Shown piece after piece: positions 39,929 through 55,365 of a stretch of DNA of 64,000 nt. The position numbers were made by a program, and so were the translations under genes. The notes beneath the pieces were generated by a model. That model saw only the letters and a program-made list of their open reading frames with translations, searched no databases and was not told the origin of the DNA. Positions within the stretch are counted from its first letter, which is position 1. Every line of letters starts with the position of its first letter. Source of the DNA: Octopus sinensis (taxonomy: Eukaryota); contig NC_042998.1 of assembly GCF_006345805.1 (NCBI RefSeq), positions 159,278,001 through 159,342,000 on the forward strand. The letters run 5' to 3'.

Positions 39929-40994
39929 TAATCTAAGTAAGCCCTGATCCAGCAGCCCTATGGCCATCTCATTTTTATTGAAATATAGGGTGTCATGGAC
40001 AACATTATCCAATGTGCCCGACATCATAAAGACGATGGGATGTGATTTATGTGTGATTTGTTTGCTATTTCCAGCAAATAAAATAACCATATAGAGTTGC
40101 TTACTATTTGGCTGGTTTTGTTGGTTGGAGATCATGGAAACATTGACGGCTAAGTAAGGTTACATACTAACAGAAATAAGGACATTTTCATTCGCCAAGA
40201 AGACTATTGATCCTCCTTACACATTACCTAACAATGAAAGACTTTGTAAACCAGTTGTAGTTGATAAGTAAACTTTGGTCGGTTCACATCGTCTCACGTT
40301 AACAGACTTTAGGCAATTATCTTCTACCATTGCCTGCTGTCCATCAAAGCCTTGTGAGTGAAATTTAGAAGACAGGAACTGCGTGAAAGCTCATTGGTTG
40401 GACCAAGGCTGTTCTATAATGAAGATGTGATCTTGGCTTAACGCCACCAGTTTGCCCTTAAGAGTCATAAGTGCGGAACGTTAAGGCCATGAAGGTCATA
40501 GGCACTATGTTTTGTCTTCTGACTATATCATTAAAAAATATAGCTCTGTATCTGATAGTCTGCAATAGACAGAGTATTGTGCTGCAGAAGTGAGTTTTGT
40601 GGAGGTAGGCCTGGGTGGGGTGATTTAATTTTAATTTCTTAAGAAAAAAACCGTTCCATTTCTCCGTCATCACCATCGCTACCACTATCATCTCCACCAA
40701 CACTGCCTCTACAATTATCCTACCACCACAGTTTACCTAGTAAATGAAATTTTATGTCTCCGTAAGTAATCGTTAAACTACAATATAGGGCACGACGCTT
40801 GTCTCTTTGTTTTTATCTAAATCTGATGTCTCTTAATGTGGGACAGACAGACAGATCAAACAGCCCTAAAATCGGTAAGATGCAAACATAAGACAAAGGA
40901 AAGCAAAAAAAAATGACTAATCTTATTTGGTTTTTATTTTATTGCTTCACCACCACCATTAACAGTATTCTTTTCTTCTCCATGTTACCACCAA

Positions 40995-41028
<34 letters not shown>

Positions 41029-42559
41029 GTCATCATCCTCATCCTCATGCTCATCATCATCATTATCATCATCAACGTCATCCATTGTCGTCTTCATTGC
41101 CATTGTTGCTGTTGTTAGTGATGGTAACGGTGGGGATGTTGGTGATGGGAAGACGTTGTTTTTGTTGCTTTTGTTCTTGTTGCTGTTGTCGTTCTTGCCT
41201 TTGTTGCTCCAATTTTCCATTCCTTTTCGTAGCCATTTTACTTCACTTACATTACTAATGCCCTTGAGAAAGAAACAAATATAATACATCATAATTTTAT
41301 CGTCACTGTTGTCGACGTCACCGTCATCATCATCATCTTCTCATTATCCTCTTCGCTACTACAATAACAACAGCAAGTAGTAGTAGTAGTAGTATATTGA
41401 TGATGACAGTGATGATGACGAAGATGAGGATGGTGTTTATAATAATAATGATGATGATGATGATGATGATGATGGTTTCAAATTTTAGCACAATGCCAGC
41501 AGTTTTGTGGGGTGGAATTACGTGATTAAACCGACTCCAGTATTTGGCTGGTATTTTACTTCAGCGGCCCCTGAGGGATGAGAGGCATATACAAAATTTA
41601 TCCTCGCCATAATCACCAGCCTCGTTGCCGTCGTCGTCGTCGTCGTCATCATCATAGTTGTCGCCAATGTTATTTGAATCAGTATGTTTAAATCCAGCCT
41701 CCAAACGTAATTTGCTTCTTTTTTTTTTTTGCTTATTATTGCTTTTTTTTTTGTTCCCCATTATCCAATTATTGATTACTTGAAGTTTGTAATACGTTCT
41801 TCTGCTGTTAGTATAGTCAATATTGCATCTTCTTCCTTTTCTTTTCCTTTCTTTTCTTTCTTTATTCTTTTTCTCTCCTCCTTCTCATTCTTCATCGGCT
41901 TCTCCATTCTTCTTCTTCAGAATCAGCTTATTTACGGTATTGCAGGTGAACACCACAAAATATTACTGTCATTCTTACTGTTTGCTACCGCTGGTTTCTG
42001 ATTGTACTATTCTTTTACAGCTGGAATTACTGCTTAGAAGTTGCTGGCTGATTATACCACGCTTCATAAGAGATTTTTCTGAATTTTAATCTTTCTGCCC
42101 CCTCTCTTTTTGTGTGCGTGAGAGAGAGAGGGGACTACATATATCTATGTGTATATCTATCTATCGACCTATCAGTTTTGTTATTAGTAGCTGGATATCC
42201 GGATTACATTACAACTACTAGTTTCACCATAACATTACTCTTACGGCAGTCTTAGGTAAAATCCATTGTTTTACCTGCTGCTCTTAATTCCTCTATCTAT
42301 AACTTTATCTGCTTATAACCTACCTGCTTATACTTATATCGATCCATATATTCATCTATCTATTTCCCTCCATATTTATCTCTCCAGCTATGTGCATAAC
42401 TAGTTACTTACCTATCTATTTATCTTTCTGAATGTCAGTCTATTTTTCAATCTATCTATATTTAACTATGACTTATTCGCTTATGTTCTCCTCCTCCTAC
42501 TCATCTTCCCCCTCTCTTTCTCTATCTATCTATCTCTCCTATCCGGAAAGTTAACTGTC

Positions 42560-43420
42560 TAACGATCTTCCCATATTACTATAGAATATGCTCGTCAGTG
42601 ATGCCATACGACATTTAAAAACTGCCTGCAGTGATCTTATGTTACTTCCCTCATCTTTTCTTCTGTGACAGAACCTGTCAATATCACTATTTTAGTGGAA
42701 GCTTCCGTTGACGGCAGAATCTTACAAAGGAAATATTTTTCCTGGATCAGTCAATTATCCAAAATGTTGGTATCAATACTGCCATTGTAAAGCCATTATT
42801 CTGTGATAAAGCACTGTTTAATATATTTCTTTAAGTTTAGTCTTATGTATTTTCGCCCCTCTGTTTACATCGTTGTGTGAAACGCAGAAAATAGAGAGGC
42901 TAAATGTAAAGGTGTGTGATTTGGGAAACAGTTTTTTCACCCCAAGTTCAGTTACCGAACAGTTCTGTGGGCCAAACCTTTCCTTATATCAACTGAAAAG
43001 GTTATTAATTCAGCACTTACTCAGCCATGGCATCCACTGAGAAATTTTGGATTCCATTAGTGTTTCTTGCTGTTGTAGACTTCAGCATGTAACTCGTGAG
43101 TTTTAATAAAATTAACCGTGAATTGATTGTCAAAATAAGCGAAAGTAGAGACAAAGAGTCTGTCATTGAACATTCATTTCGGAGTATTTGTAATTTCGGA
43201 TATAATTGTTCTGCATCATTTACAAATGTGAAGATTGGTCATTCGGTCTTTCTAAGACTTTCAATGGAAACAGGTGCTTTTCCAACAATCATGAATGGAG
43301 AATAGCACCAAATGACTGTTTATAGTTAAACCATCCGAACACAAGTTTTCTGCGACATATTTTATTTCAAACAGCATAGCTTTATCAAAACTTATTTGGT
43401 GTATTCCCACGCGTCCTTCT
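42560..43420 (-). pseudogene. Possible very old Penelope-like RT remnant
   Basis: Patchy motifs only: YKQSFGA (cf. YKQ.DG.AMG), QLYPKLQ...DSLSLL (cf. LHP.LQFT.E..LPFL), RFGPQNC. Confidence 0.3.
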
Positions 43421-45102
43421 TTCTACCTGTTTGCTCATCATTTGTTGAATTTCCATTGGTCGTGGAATTTATGTGTAATATATATTAAGCAATAAGTTCT
43501 TGCTATGTTAGTGTCTTTTATTCTAGATTACAAGATCTCTTAGTGTTATATCAAGCCAATTTCCATAGATTTGTTTTTAAATATGCATTTTAGTGACTTT
43601 CGGATAAACGTCAGCATTCTTGTACTAGCATCCAACTATTAGCTTTCTTACAGTTCAGGTGAAACTTTCAAAATCGGTTGTGTAAATTTTACTGCCGATA
43701 GTGATACAGTGCTTCTTTTCATCTGTATTAATCATTATTCGTCTTGACTGACAGTCTTTTCTTTTCTGATTTTAGACTAAAATGCCTTAAGATATTTCCG
43801 TGAAAGGCTCTACATATGGAGATATTTCTTTTCTCTGTCCATCATTGAGGATTAGAAGCAAGCATATTCTATTACTTGCGGTGTACTTAGTTTTGTTACT
43901 CTTCAACCACTGTATTTAAATTTTCACTGATTTGGGGATTGAGTTTACGCCTACTAGTTAACTAATCTATTGTAATTTTAAAACCTAATCAACGTTTATA
44001 TCTTATTCTCCCGTAGGACAATTAGGTAGTAGAGATTGGAAATTTTAAAATTCAAGGCTTCCATATAGTGAACATTGTTGTGCTCATAGAAATAACAACG
44101 AATGAGAACAAACTACCCCAACTGATTTAGCTGAAAGGTCGGTTCCAAAATGCAAGAACATTACCAAATATGGCAGGCACCTGAAAAAGGCTAGGACAAA
44201 ACGTTGTGGCTACAGTACCAAGATTAGAACCCTAGTCCGATTATATCAATGTGAAATAAGTAGTTAATGTAGTTTTCACGATGACAGTTTTTCACTCAAA
44301 GTCTTGAATTAGTGTTTTGAAGTTATTAATTTCTCCTCGAGAGTTTAGAGTATAGAAACTGCTATGTATATTACAGAATAAACATAGTAACACTGCTAAA
44401 GCATTATTAATTTATAAGTAGAATTGCTGTATAGTTTAGTTAGCTGATACATAGTTACATTAGTTGTAGTTCTGCTTTGAACTTATTATTTAGCTTACCC
44501 CTTATGAAGAAACATAAATATCCAGTTCTATAGCATAGCTGATTGATGTTTTCTTCAATTCTTGTTATCCATCGTTGAAAGATTTAATTACTCTGTGCAC
44601 TGCACGTATCTCCTAGGTGTTCTTTGTGAGTGATAGCAACACTGCGTAGTACATGTATTGATTGTCTGTATTATCACATATTGTTTCTCTCGTCAATAAC
44701 TTTTAACATATTGATTGTCTAATATGTGTTATCACATTGTCTCTATTATCAATAACTTTTAACATAGACTGGTTAGTGGTTTTCCATTCTCTCATCAAAA
44801 AATTATTTGTTGTTTAATTATATCTTAGAAAAATCAGAAAATTCGGTCTCAACCTACAATTTAAAGATTTTTCTAAAATATAGCAAAACATAATAGTTTT
44901 TGGCGAGAATATGTAAAACTACCAAACCATCTCGTATTAAAAATTAATAGCATTCGAAACAATGAAACAATATATAACATGGTTACATTTACATAGAGTT
45001 TTTATATAATTTTCAAATTGTATATACACTATGTTCGTATGTCTGACATCAGTTCCATACGGTAAATATGGATGTTGAAGGATCTCTCTCTCTTTCTCCC
45101 TT

Positions 45103-45154
<52 letters not shown>

Positions 45155-48100
45155 CTCTTTCTCTTTCTCGCGCTCTCTCTCTTTTTCTCTTTCTCTTCTC
45201 TTCTGTTTTCTAATGAAGCTTATGATTGTTTTTGGCGTCTTCATAGTATCGATAACATTAATAAGACATACTTAAATATATGTTATTCGTGTTGAAATCA
45301 CCCCTGAGAAACTTCTACCACTTAATATTTTAACATCATAAAAGTTAGAATAAGAATAGCTACATGTAACAGTTATTTTTACAGCAATGAAAGATGTCTG
45401 TTGTCGAAGTTGTTTATCAGTGAATTGGTTCAAGTTTGGATGAACTTTGTCCCAATAATTCTTTAACGGCTTCATATAGCCGATAGAAGTATTTTCATAG
45501 ATTTATCGATAACGCCGGAGTAAATACTGAATTAAATGTAAAGACAAATTGAAATACGAAGAATACTTACGCCATCTTAGATAACGCACAGATTTGAAGA
45601 TTTGGTCGTACTATTGGTGTCGCTGTTGGTGTTGTTGTTATCAGTGTCTGCCAAGAAAGAAAAAGTGAAATCCTGCGTGGCGAAATGTAGTTTTTACAGA
45701 CCAGCCATTATTTCGAAATTCACTCGTGTACTGATGGCACACCGATACTTTCATATATCGCATATGTTCTCAAATCAAAACGCCTTCTCAAACAAAAGGA
45801 CATATTGCATAGCGTAGTATTTGATATTCCATACCCGAGAAAAAAACAGGTGATCTTAAGGTTCATAACTCCAGTTTTTGTCTACTTGCTCTGTGTGTGC
45901 ATAGACAATCCGTAGTTGCAGTATGGTCGAATGTAATTAAAAAAGAATACAACCTTATCACACATACTGTGTCTCACTGATTCTGCCTGAAAATTATGTT
46001 AAGAGTACACGTAACTATTGAATGCTCAGCTACTTACACGTTAATTCAAGAGCAGATAATTCGATTGATCGAAAGACTGGATTTTCAATGTTGAACGACG
46101 GAGATCCATCACAGCTAGTCCTCGAAATTCATAAGTTCAAATTTCGTGTCGAACGAACTTTCGAAACTTCGAAAATTATGGAAATAGACTGTAAGAATAT
46201 TGAGGACCACCAGTGCTGCTCAGTCAAGACTGATCTAGGACAAATAAGAGAGTCAACTATTTCTGAATATTGGTTCTTAGTATTTAGTTAATGAAGTAAA
46301 GATTAAGAATATTGAATTGTGTATAGTCCACATATTTATCGCCAGGAAACAGCCATGAGAGAAACTATTCTGTCTAGAGAGCACTGAATATTCCAAGCTC
46401 TGCTCAATAGAGAAAATCATCAAAAAGCAACAGCTGAAGAAAAATGGCTTCAATTTAAATATATCGCAGGTCAAGGACTCTGCAAGAACACTAATCAAGC
46501 AATGGGTTACATCTAAGGCGGCAAAATATCTTAAATGCCTGCAATATTAAAAGGCTAATTTAAGATAAATAAACGTTAAAAGAAAATACTATTAGTCGAT
46601 GCTTGATATTATATTCATCATTGTTTTTGGTCTGAAAGGCCAACAAATTGGGCTTTAACCTTTACTGAACATTTCAGAGAAAGTGTAGCTTCGCCGTAAC
46701 AGTAAGAATATCTGGAAGGAAAATCAAAATATCTAAACGTTTGTGAAAATTAGTCATTGAGATGGATTGAATAAATATGAAAATCAGTGGTTAATACTTA
46801 ATAATGCAATTAGTTATTATATAACAATTTGTTGTTGTGATAACCATGAAGAATTAGTATCCTCAAGAAATAAACGAAAACCGATGACCCACATCTTACA
46901 AAATCCTTCCCGCAGCGTAGAATGATGGAAATATGCAAAACTTTTCAAATGAGGTTCATTGGAGTTTAGTAATCAATTGTCAGCTAATATATCTAACAAT
47001 AGAGACTTGTCATACACAGACTGAATATATTTGAAAAGAAGGGGAAAGATATACGCAAACGTTTACATGCATACTTGCATATACACATACTGACAGATAC
47101 ACACATTGATAAAGAGTAAAAACGCACAAACATACATGCATACATACATACATGCATACATACATACACACATATATTTACGTGTATGATTGTTTAGTTG
47201 AAATTGTTGGAGCATTACCATGAACGCAATGTTACATTCCACCCCTATTTAGCCTAACGCCGTACAGTGTTTTTATTAATTAATGCACATGCATATTGTC
47301 TCTGACTACAGAGAGAATATCGGCTAATAGATATTTATAGTGAACTCAAACTAGGATAGAATTTACTTGTTCTAATTTGCATAACAACGCAAGTGTTGGC
47401 AGCGTGAATTAATTTATTAATAGAAATTCTTCATGGCGTTATGATAAATAGATGTATAAGGTAAATTTATGAGCAAATTAGTTTTGATTAAATAGACATG
47501 TCTGTTTTGCTTTATGGTCATAGAGAGGAAAATGTGTTTTAACTTCGAATCTACTTTTCACAGTGATGCTAAAAGCCCTATATACTGAGCGAAATTCTAG
47601 TTGTTGTTGTCATCCCTGCCCACAATGCTACTTGGCTTTTGCTGTACCACGGTCAATTGGTGACCCCCTTGACCCTCTTTAGATTTCTATTGCATAATAT
47701 AGTTTGAACGTATTTCTTTATATGTATTTTCGCAACTGTCTGCCGAACAGTAACGTGAAACTCTGAATAACAGTTTGTGAAGTTGGTGCGTTGACAGCAG
47801 CAAGAGAGCCCTTTAGCTCTTATTTCTAGCAGTGTAGTTGTTCTAACGCCCTCAGTCATATTTAATGACATTCGTTATTTTCCTTTTTGGTGAAATCCTG
47901 CTAACTAGCTGCCTCATTTAATTATTTGTATACACATTAGCGATTCGTTAAATCATCCATAAATTATGGCTGTGCGGCAGCTGGCGATCTCTGTCGACCC
48001 TCCTAAAGATGCTTCAACCTAAAGCTGAAACCTTACGGTAAAGGGATATCACAGTCGCCAGTTTCCGGCCATCTACGGTCGCTTCCGGCATGCTTGTATA

Positions 48101-49821
48101 CAATTATATTTGTTGACAGCAGCAACATAGCCCTTTACCACTTATTTCTAACAGTGTAGGTGTTCTTATACAGCTGTAATAATGAAGTCAAACTAAATAG
48201 TGTTATATTTTGAAATCATTTAATACGTACGTTTCGGGTTTGCATAATATATACTAAGGAATGCACTCATTGCGTAAACTTTCAGTTAAGGCATTTGAAG
48301 TGGTTTGCTATATTTGACTAGAGTCGAAAATTCTGATACTGTGCACCACTTCTAAGTGTAACACGAAGTATGAATGCATGTATGTATGTATGTATGTATG
48401 CAGGCATTCATGCATGTATGCATGCATACATACATACATACATACATACATACATACATACATACATACATACATACATACATACATACACACATACATA
48501 CATACATACATACAATACAATACATTCGTATATGGTTGTTATATTTGTATATATGTATTTGGTTGTTATATATGTTTGAAGAAAACTCAGTTGCCTACAA
48601 ATATACGTACATTTAAGACAACTCAGTTGTGTATGATGTATAAATAACAAACATATCCATTACTTCACAGAAGATAGTTTCGGACAACAGACCCTTGAGT
48701 TATAGGCCCAGCATGCATCTATTGTGTCACTGACTAAGTAAATATTTGTATTATTCTTTTAACGTCCGTTCTGAGCTGCATCACTTATATTACATCATCT
48801 GTCAAGCTATTTATGTATTTCTTTGCATTAGACTGTCAAATGCACAAAATGTAGTGACTACACAATACATGTTGTGGCACTGGGATGTTAATTTACTTAC
48901 CGAAAGGTGATATCGATACTCAGAAGGTCAAATTTGACAAACCACAAGCATAGAACTATACGTCTCTTCATTTGCCATTTTCAGATCACCCAGAAGTAAA
49001 TCAATCCAATAAATTGTTTGCACAACTTAGCAAACAAGCTTGCTAGTATATTTACTAAAGAAAAGGTGCGCTCAACTTTATCTTTATGTTGTGTAATACT
49101 TCTATTAATTAAATAATTTGCGTCAACGACATTTACACTGTCGTGCAAATTAGATCAAACCAACTTATTCCTATCTGCGTTTGTGCAACAAATAGAAATG
49201 CTACTATTCACTTTGTCGTATTTTAGGAGGATCATTACGCCAGTTATGCACATGCACTGATTTAACACCATTTCTTTATTATTAATTGTCAATTGGTTAG
49301 ATATTTAAACAAATACCTAAAGGAATGTTTGAATAATCTTTCGGTCAATCAATCAGTTCTGTTTGTCAAAGTTCTTCCGACCTTCCCCGACTTCTTTAGT
49401 GACAGGCCCTCTCTACTCCAGGCCAGCTTGGCAAGGATCCCTTCGAAATGGAAATGTGTGTATGTAATTTTCTACGTGTTCTTATATATAGGGGTCTTTG
49501 TGGAAATTGTGCAAATATAAGTGTGAAAACATGTGGAAGTTAGGTGTAGTTTATGTGTGTATGTAATTTAGTTCAGCTCTCCATTTAACTTCAGTGTGAA
49601 TTCCCATGTTGTTAAGAATTTCCAGAAATCATCCGGAAGTATTTTCTCGCAGGGCAAAAATATTTCAGAATATTTAATCAGCAAAATGTAAAATTTAGAT
49701 ACAGTTGCATGATTAATATCGAAGCAAATAACAGATCTCCATACTACCTAAAAGGCTCTAAATCATAGAAATCACTTACACACACAATTATCCAAAAATT
49801 CCCTTCAAACTCTTGCCAATA

Positions 49822-50057
49822 CAGTAATCCCTCACCATATTGCGGTTCACTTATCGCGGTTCACCTATCGCGGTTCATTATTTAAGCTTACGTCGATTCC
49901 TCCGTGGTATTGTTTTGCATTTATAATAAAATAAATATATACAAATTATTAAAATAATTTTAAAAGATACACAGTACAGTACTGTTTCTATTTCGCGGAT
50001 TTTCGCCTATCGCGGGGGTTTTGGAACGTAATGCCCGCGATAGTCGAGGGATTACTG
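49822..50057. mobile_element. pogo/Tigger-type MITE
   Basis: TA|CAGTAATCCCTCACCATATTGCGG ... CCGCGATAGTCGAGGGATTACTG|TA: terminal inverted repeats with TA target duplication (49820-21, 50058-59). Confidence 0.85.
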
Positions 50058-51109
50058 TAATAGATAGGCAACTGTAATTATAAAAATAAAATGATACCTC
50101 TAGGATAATTTATGCAAAGTTGACCCTAAGGTACATTGTCAGTTCCATAAAAATCCTCCAGATTATATCGAAATATGTAATAGCCGATTCAAGAGACGAT
50201 ACTGAAACTGTAAGTCCCATTATAGTCAAACAGATATAAGACTGCAAAGCATTATCAAATCATATGTAGGAATTGAAAAAGTACAGCATTAATACATTTA
50301 ATACCATCTGGTCTATACTACATTTAGCCACAAATAACACTCCTTTAAATTTCTTTGAATTCTATGAAGAAAAATACTTCATCTTACTAAACAGGAGACA
50401 CGTTAAACACAAAATCAGAACTAATTTCTACGTATCAAGAAAAAATGGCGGTGCCCCAGCAAATGGCGGTGCCCCAGCATGGCCACAGCTTGTGAGCTGA
50501 AACTAAATAAAATAAAATAAAATAAAATAAAAAATTCATTTTTTTTAAAATTTCAACAGAGCTATTGAACCAGACTAAACTTAAATATTTGGGGAAAAAA
50601 ACATTTATACCATGTACAAGATAGCCAGGAAGTCAACAATATGTCAAACTATGCTGATAGGTTCTGACCGAGAGAGGTATCCGCTCAACCAACCAGCTCC
50701 CTCTGAGAAACATCACGGATTCGTACATGAAATTCTGAGAAACGGCCTGCACTTAGCTAAACCTATAAACGTATGTAACAGTTATATTAATAATGCGTGT
50801 GTGCGCGCGTGTATGTGCGCGTGTGCGTGTCTGTGCATATGTCTCTGTGTGTGCGCGCGTGTGTGCGCGCGTGTGTGTGCGCGCGTGTGCGTGTGTCTTC
50901 TTGTGTGTGTGTGTGTGTGCTTGCGTGTGCGTATGTGTGTTTTCCTGTGCGTGTGTGTGTGCACATTTTTTAGCTTGATGTAGTTTCTACTAGTTTCGTC
51001 ACAAGTAAAATTTCATAATCTACCATTTTGTAGTACATTCTTTTATTTTGTAATGCTGGAAAGAAAGTTTTGTAGTCTTTCAAGAGAAAGAAACAGATGC
51101 TTCTTCGGC

Positions 51110-52175
51110 CCTAATTTATAAATTTGGTCGAGATAATATTTCTCCTCATTTTTAAGAGGAAAACCACAACTAACTGGTAAACTGCTGATTCCTCGTGAGT
51201 AAAATCTTTCAGGATAAAACACAAATGTAAACTAAACATCATTTTAACCTCTACACAATTAAAAAAACTGTTTTCTTTCTAAATAATATTTCAATGATCT
51301 AAAAAGATGATAATCAGATAGAATAAGATTAAGAGAGTAAAGAAGGAGAAGCAAAACATTCATATTTGATGTCATAATCTTTTCCTGCATGACTGAGATA
51401 TGTGATCTTGCATTATCGAGTAAGAGCAACGCTCTTTTACGACTGACCAATGAAGGGCGGTTTTCTGAAAATGTTTGTGCAATGCTTCTATGCATAAACT
51501 GCTTCGTGTTGATGTACCACTCCATGATAGACAAACTCTTCCTATCCCACCGAGCGTAAACATAACATTTTTCCTGCTTTAGAGTTGGCTCCTTCTTTTG
51601 GTTGCTAACCATTGTCGTTTCCTTGCATACGGTTATAGAGAACTCACTTTTCATCACTCATGGTGATTCTACCCAGAAAAGGCTTGGGAGCCAGTCTACA
51701 TGACGAACATACGGCAAAACTTTGATTTAAGTAAGAAACGGTCCCACTGATCATGTTTAGATACTTTTCCTGATTCATGATGCTGTTTTGTGAGCGAAGT
51801 ATGACACGAATTGAACTGTTTTGCTAATTCTCGTGCAGTATGCTTCGGAATATCCTCAACAACGGTCATCAAGGGCTCAACATTAACAGGACTTGATCGT
51901 CCAACCAGATTGAATATAATTTGAGGGAAAAATTTCGCGAGTGAAGCAGGCCAAGCTATCATTACTATATCTGGAAATTTAAAACTAAATTTGCACAGAC
52001 AGAACGAATATTGCAAAAGTGACCCTTTTGAATTCATATAGCATATAGAGTCTATGCGTCTGATCCAAACTTGTTTTAAAGGGATAGAATTGATTCGAAT
52101 TCAGTCTCTATGGTATATAATAATCTTCAAAGAAAGAAAAAGTAGAATGCAAAAATTAATGTTTATTGCACCGTA
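51110..52175 (-). mobile_element. Degraded mariner (D,D34D) transposon
   Basis: GRSSPVN...TARELAKQFNSCH...GKVSKH (51696-52037); LLLLDNARSH...YSLNL..SDYHLFRSL (51259-51657); KDFYSRGISSLP near 51150-51190. Confidence 0.8.
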
Positions 52176-53393
52176 AGTATTAAAAAGTACGCTCAGAGTG
52201 ATCGTGAGAAAAATGTGACAGGACTTTCTTTCCAGCCTAATAAATGAGAGCAAATCTAATTTTATTGTGCTCAAATTGTCTGGTATATTTTCTCCACTTG
52301 CTTCTACATTTGTGTTATTACTTTGTGTGTTCTATTGTTTTTGTGTACATGTTTAGGCGCCTTTGTGTATATGTTTGTATGTCTCTCTAATATTTTAAAC
52401 TGTATATTTCATGCCGCATACTTCTGTACGTTAGCGCATTAATTTAATTGGTTTAATATCCACGTATGTATGCACGCGTTTGTGCGTGCGTATATGTGTG
52501 TGTTTGTGTGTGCGTGCTAATATGGTATTTAGGTAACGTATAAATGTATAAATGGATATTTATATGTCTACTGTAGTTGCGAGCTAGACACTGTTAAGAG
52601 CATTTATTCAATGAAAAAAGACAATCTAACTTTATTACTATACCATTTGAAGAGAAAAGAGAATAGAAATGAAAAGCGGGTGTGTACTTGATGGAGGATT
52701 TCATTTTCCTCGGTTGGAATTTTCGTTAAAATTTCTGTGTACCTACTTATAAATCTATTAAAGAAATTAGATTACCCTATCTCTATCACTAATTTGGCGC
52801 AAAATACGATTTGAAGAAAGAATAAACAAAGAAAATGAAAAAGAAGAGGAAATGTAGGTTCAATTGGGATTACGTTTTTCCCCTGAATAGTACGATGATA
52901 AATTTTTGAAGTAGATATATGCGCATATGGGAGCATGAAGAGATTAAATCTTGATGCCGGTTGAATATTTTAATGTGATATTTCAAGGTAAGTAGGTTTT
53001 CCGGGGTTCAAGCGCTACAAAGGGCATTTGATTGCTTATAAGTTAGCGCTTAATTTGCTATGTAGCAGCTTGATATAGAATATATTATTGTTCAAAACCC
53101 ATAGATGTGTTGCTGGATTAATAACACAAACATAAGAGGCAGTGAGAATGCTTACCATAATAATTCAAACAGAGCGAAGAACAGATTTATCTATTTTTGT
53201 ATTTGACGAAAAAACAAAAAGGTGGATTATGAATCATAACTTGAAGAACCATGTTAGGATAAAACGAGTGCAGAGAATGTAACGGTGCAAAGAATGAACA
53301 TCCAACTAATATCGTACTCCGCAATTTCACTCTGTGTCCTTTTTTTTACTTAATATTGTTTTTATTCATAATGTATGTTTATGTGTAAGCTTG

Positions 53394-53457
<64 letters not shown>

Positions 53458-54079
53458 GAGCGTTGTGTGCGGGCGTGTACGGATGCGTGTACGGATAGAG
53501 GAAGTTTGTGTGAATAATTGCACGTATGTACATGGTTTCATGTGCTTGCATGTATTTGCATGTATAACTCAGTATTTATGCTGGGTATTCCAGTCGTTTT
53601 AATTTGACGTTTATGTATAAGATTTTCGCGAAGAGTAAAAAGAAAATGCGTGAGTGAAGAGGACTGCTGAGGAGAAGAAAGAGAAAAGAAGGAAGAGAAC
53701 GACTACAGCAAGGTAAGAGAAAAAAAGAGTTGATAGGATTGTAACTGTTCTATTCTAACTTTTATAGATCATAACATTTCTTTCCACACTGGCCAGATTG
53801 ATGCGTCTAATCTTCAGTACGAAGTTTTGTAAGGTCAATGATTGTAAGAAAAACCGAATGAAAGATTGCAGAGGATTTTAGTTCTGAAAACAAAGCACCA
53901 GTTGTGGAGTCTGAAAGATGAGCCACTTGAAAATTATTTGTCAATGTTCTATTACTGGCAACTGAACTCATCTTCATTTGTTCATTATATTGGTTCTGAT
54001 ATATAAAATGTTTTTATGAATTATATTTATTCAATTATTCGTCAAGCAATTATTGTATTCTTTCTTCCTGTTTCTTGAG

Positions 54080-54192
54080 TAACGCTGCGATGGACTGGCG
54101 TCCTGTCCAGCTGGAGGGAACACATATGCCATAGAAACCGGGAAACCGGGCCCATGAGCCTGGCTAGGCTTGAAAAAGGACGCATAAATAAA
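54080..54192 (+). mobile_element. SINE 3' end
   Basis: GCGATGGACTGGCGTCCTGTCCAG...GAAACCGGGAAACCGGGCCCATGAGCCTGG; the same tail appears on minus at 58010-58070 and 56850-56885. Confidence 0.55.
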
Positions 54193-55194
54193 TAATATAC
54201 ATTGTTGGAGGAAGTAGCTGGTTTTTTTGGTTTTGTTTGCTTTTTTTTCACATTATTGGCTGATCTGTACCTACTAAGCGCTCCCAATTATTAAATTTGG
54301 TGGTGTTCCTTGGTCCATTCCCGATCAATAAGGCCTTTAATCAAAACTGTCCCGCCATACACATTAACTAAGTTATTCGCCGATACGATCTTTCTGAGGA
54401 AGTATTGGCTGCTGCTTCAACCAAATCGAGCTGTTACGTATAAAGATTCTTTTGTCGGCTTGCATTAAAATTAAATAGATTGAGATTTAACATGAGCTAA
54501 CTTAACAGAACCAAAACAAGTCCAGAGTAATACCTCTAATTTATGGGCAGAATCTAATTCTTTCTGTCATTCAATGTGTATCGCTACAAGCATTGTTTTA
54601 TCGCTTGAGACTGGGTCTTTAGATTCGCCTACGTCACGTTCCCGACAAATTAATCTTAATTTTCCACGCTTATAGTCTTTCATTAATTGTTGCTTAAGCT
54701 CTTATGGGAGTAAAAAATATACTTTTCCTGTAGAAAGATGAGAACTTTACGAAAGAGATGTACTGTCTCTATATATAAAAAGGAAGCAAACATTAGTCGA
54801 TATTAATAGGTGTTTGCTACTGTGCATTTTCTCTCTTCATAGCTATATTGACTGAAAGTCTATTCAAATAAGCCTCAACAGAATAAGTAGGGCCCCATTT
54901 TCAGGTATTTGGGGGATTCACCTTCTCTCTGGAAACCTGTGAAAAATATTTTAAAAGATCACTTCAACCTTAAAATGCGTTTATATGTTAAATAATATTT
55001 GTACTGGTAAAATAAGTTCATAGTGATAACTATCCACGATGGGAAATCTGATTCATAAATAGTTAAATGACTTGATATTAGAAAGAAAGTAAATCAAAGA
55101 GGAAGCTACAGTTGATTCAAACTCTCTTTCGACTAAGAGCAGAAATAAAACATTTGATCTTTAGTTGCAAAATAATATTGACAAGTTCCACAAA

Positions 55195-55365
55195 GTTCTG
55201 AAATTTGTGGGAAGGGGGTAAGTTGCTCGCATTGACCCCAGTACTTGACTGGTACTTAATTTATCGATTTCGAAATGATAAAAGGCAAAGTCGACCTCGG
55301 CGGAATTTGAACTCAGAACGTAAAGACAAGCGAAATACTGCCCCGCGTGCTAACGATTCTGACAG
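55195..55365 (-). mobile_element. SINE family B
   Basis: Reverse complement of GAGTTCAAATTCCGCCGAGGTCGACTTTGCCTTT... seen at 12532. Confidence 0.7.

Noticed and set aside
40913-41292. Poly-Ser / poly-Asp ORFs
   Set aside because: (CAT)n low-complexity tract; no splice or domain support.
44165-44215. Hammerhead remnant CTGAAAA...AAACGTTGTGG
   Set aside because: Both core halves are mutated and there is no stem II.
53650-53720. Possible host exon ending at donor AAG|GTAAGA (GT at 53713)
   Set aside because: A single donor-like motif with no identifiable acceptor or coding signal; needs RNA-seq.
54290-54700. CR1/L2-like RT remnant (GVPWSIP, KLFADT)
   Set aside because: Only two short motif echoes in different frames; plausible but unsupported.
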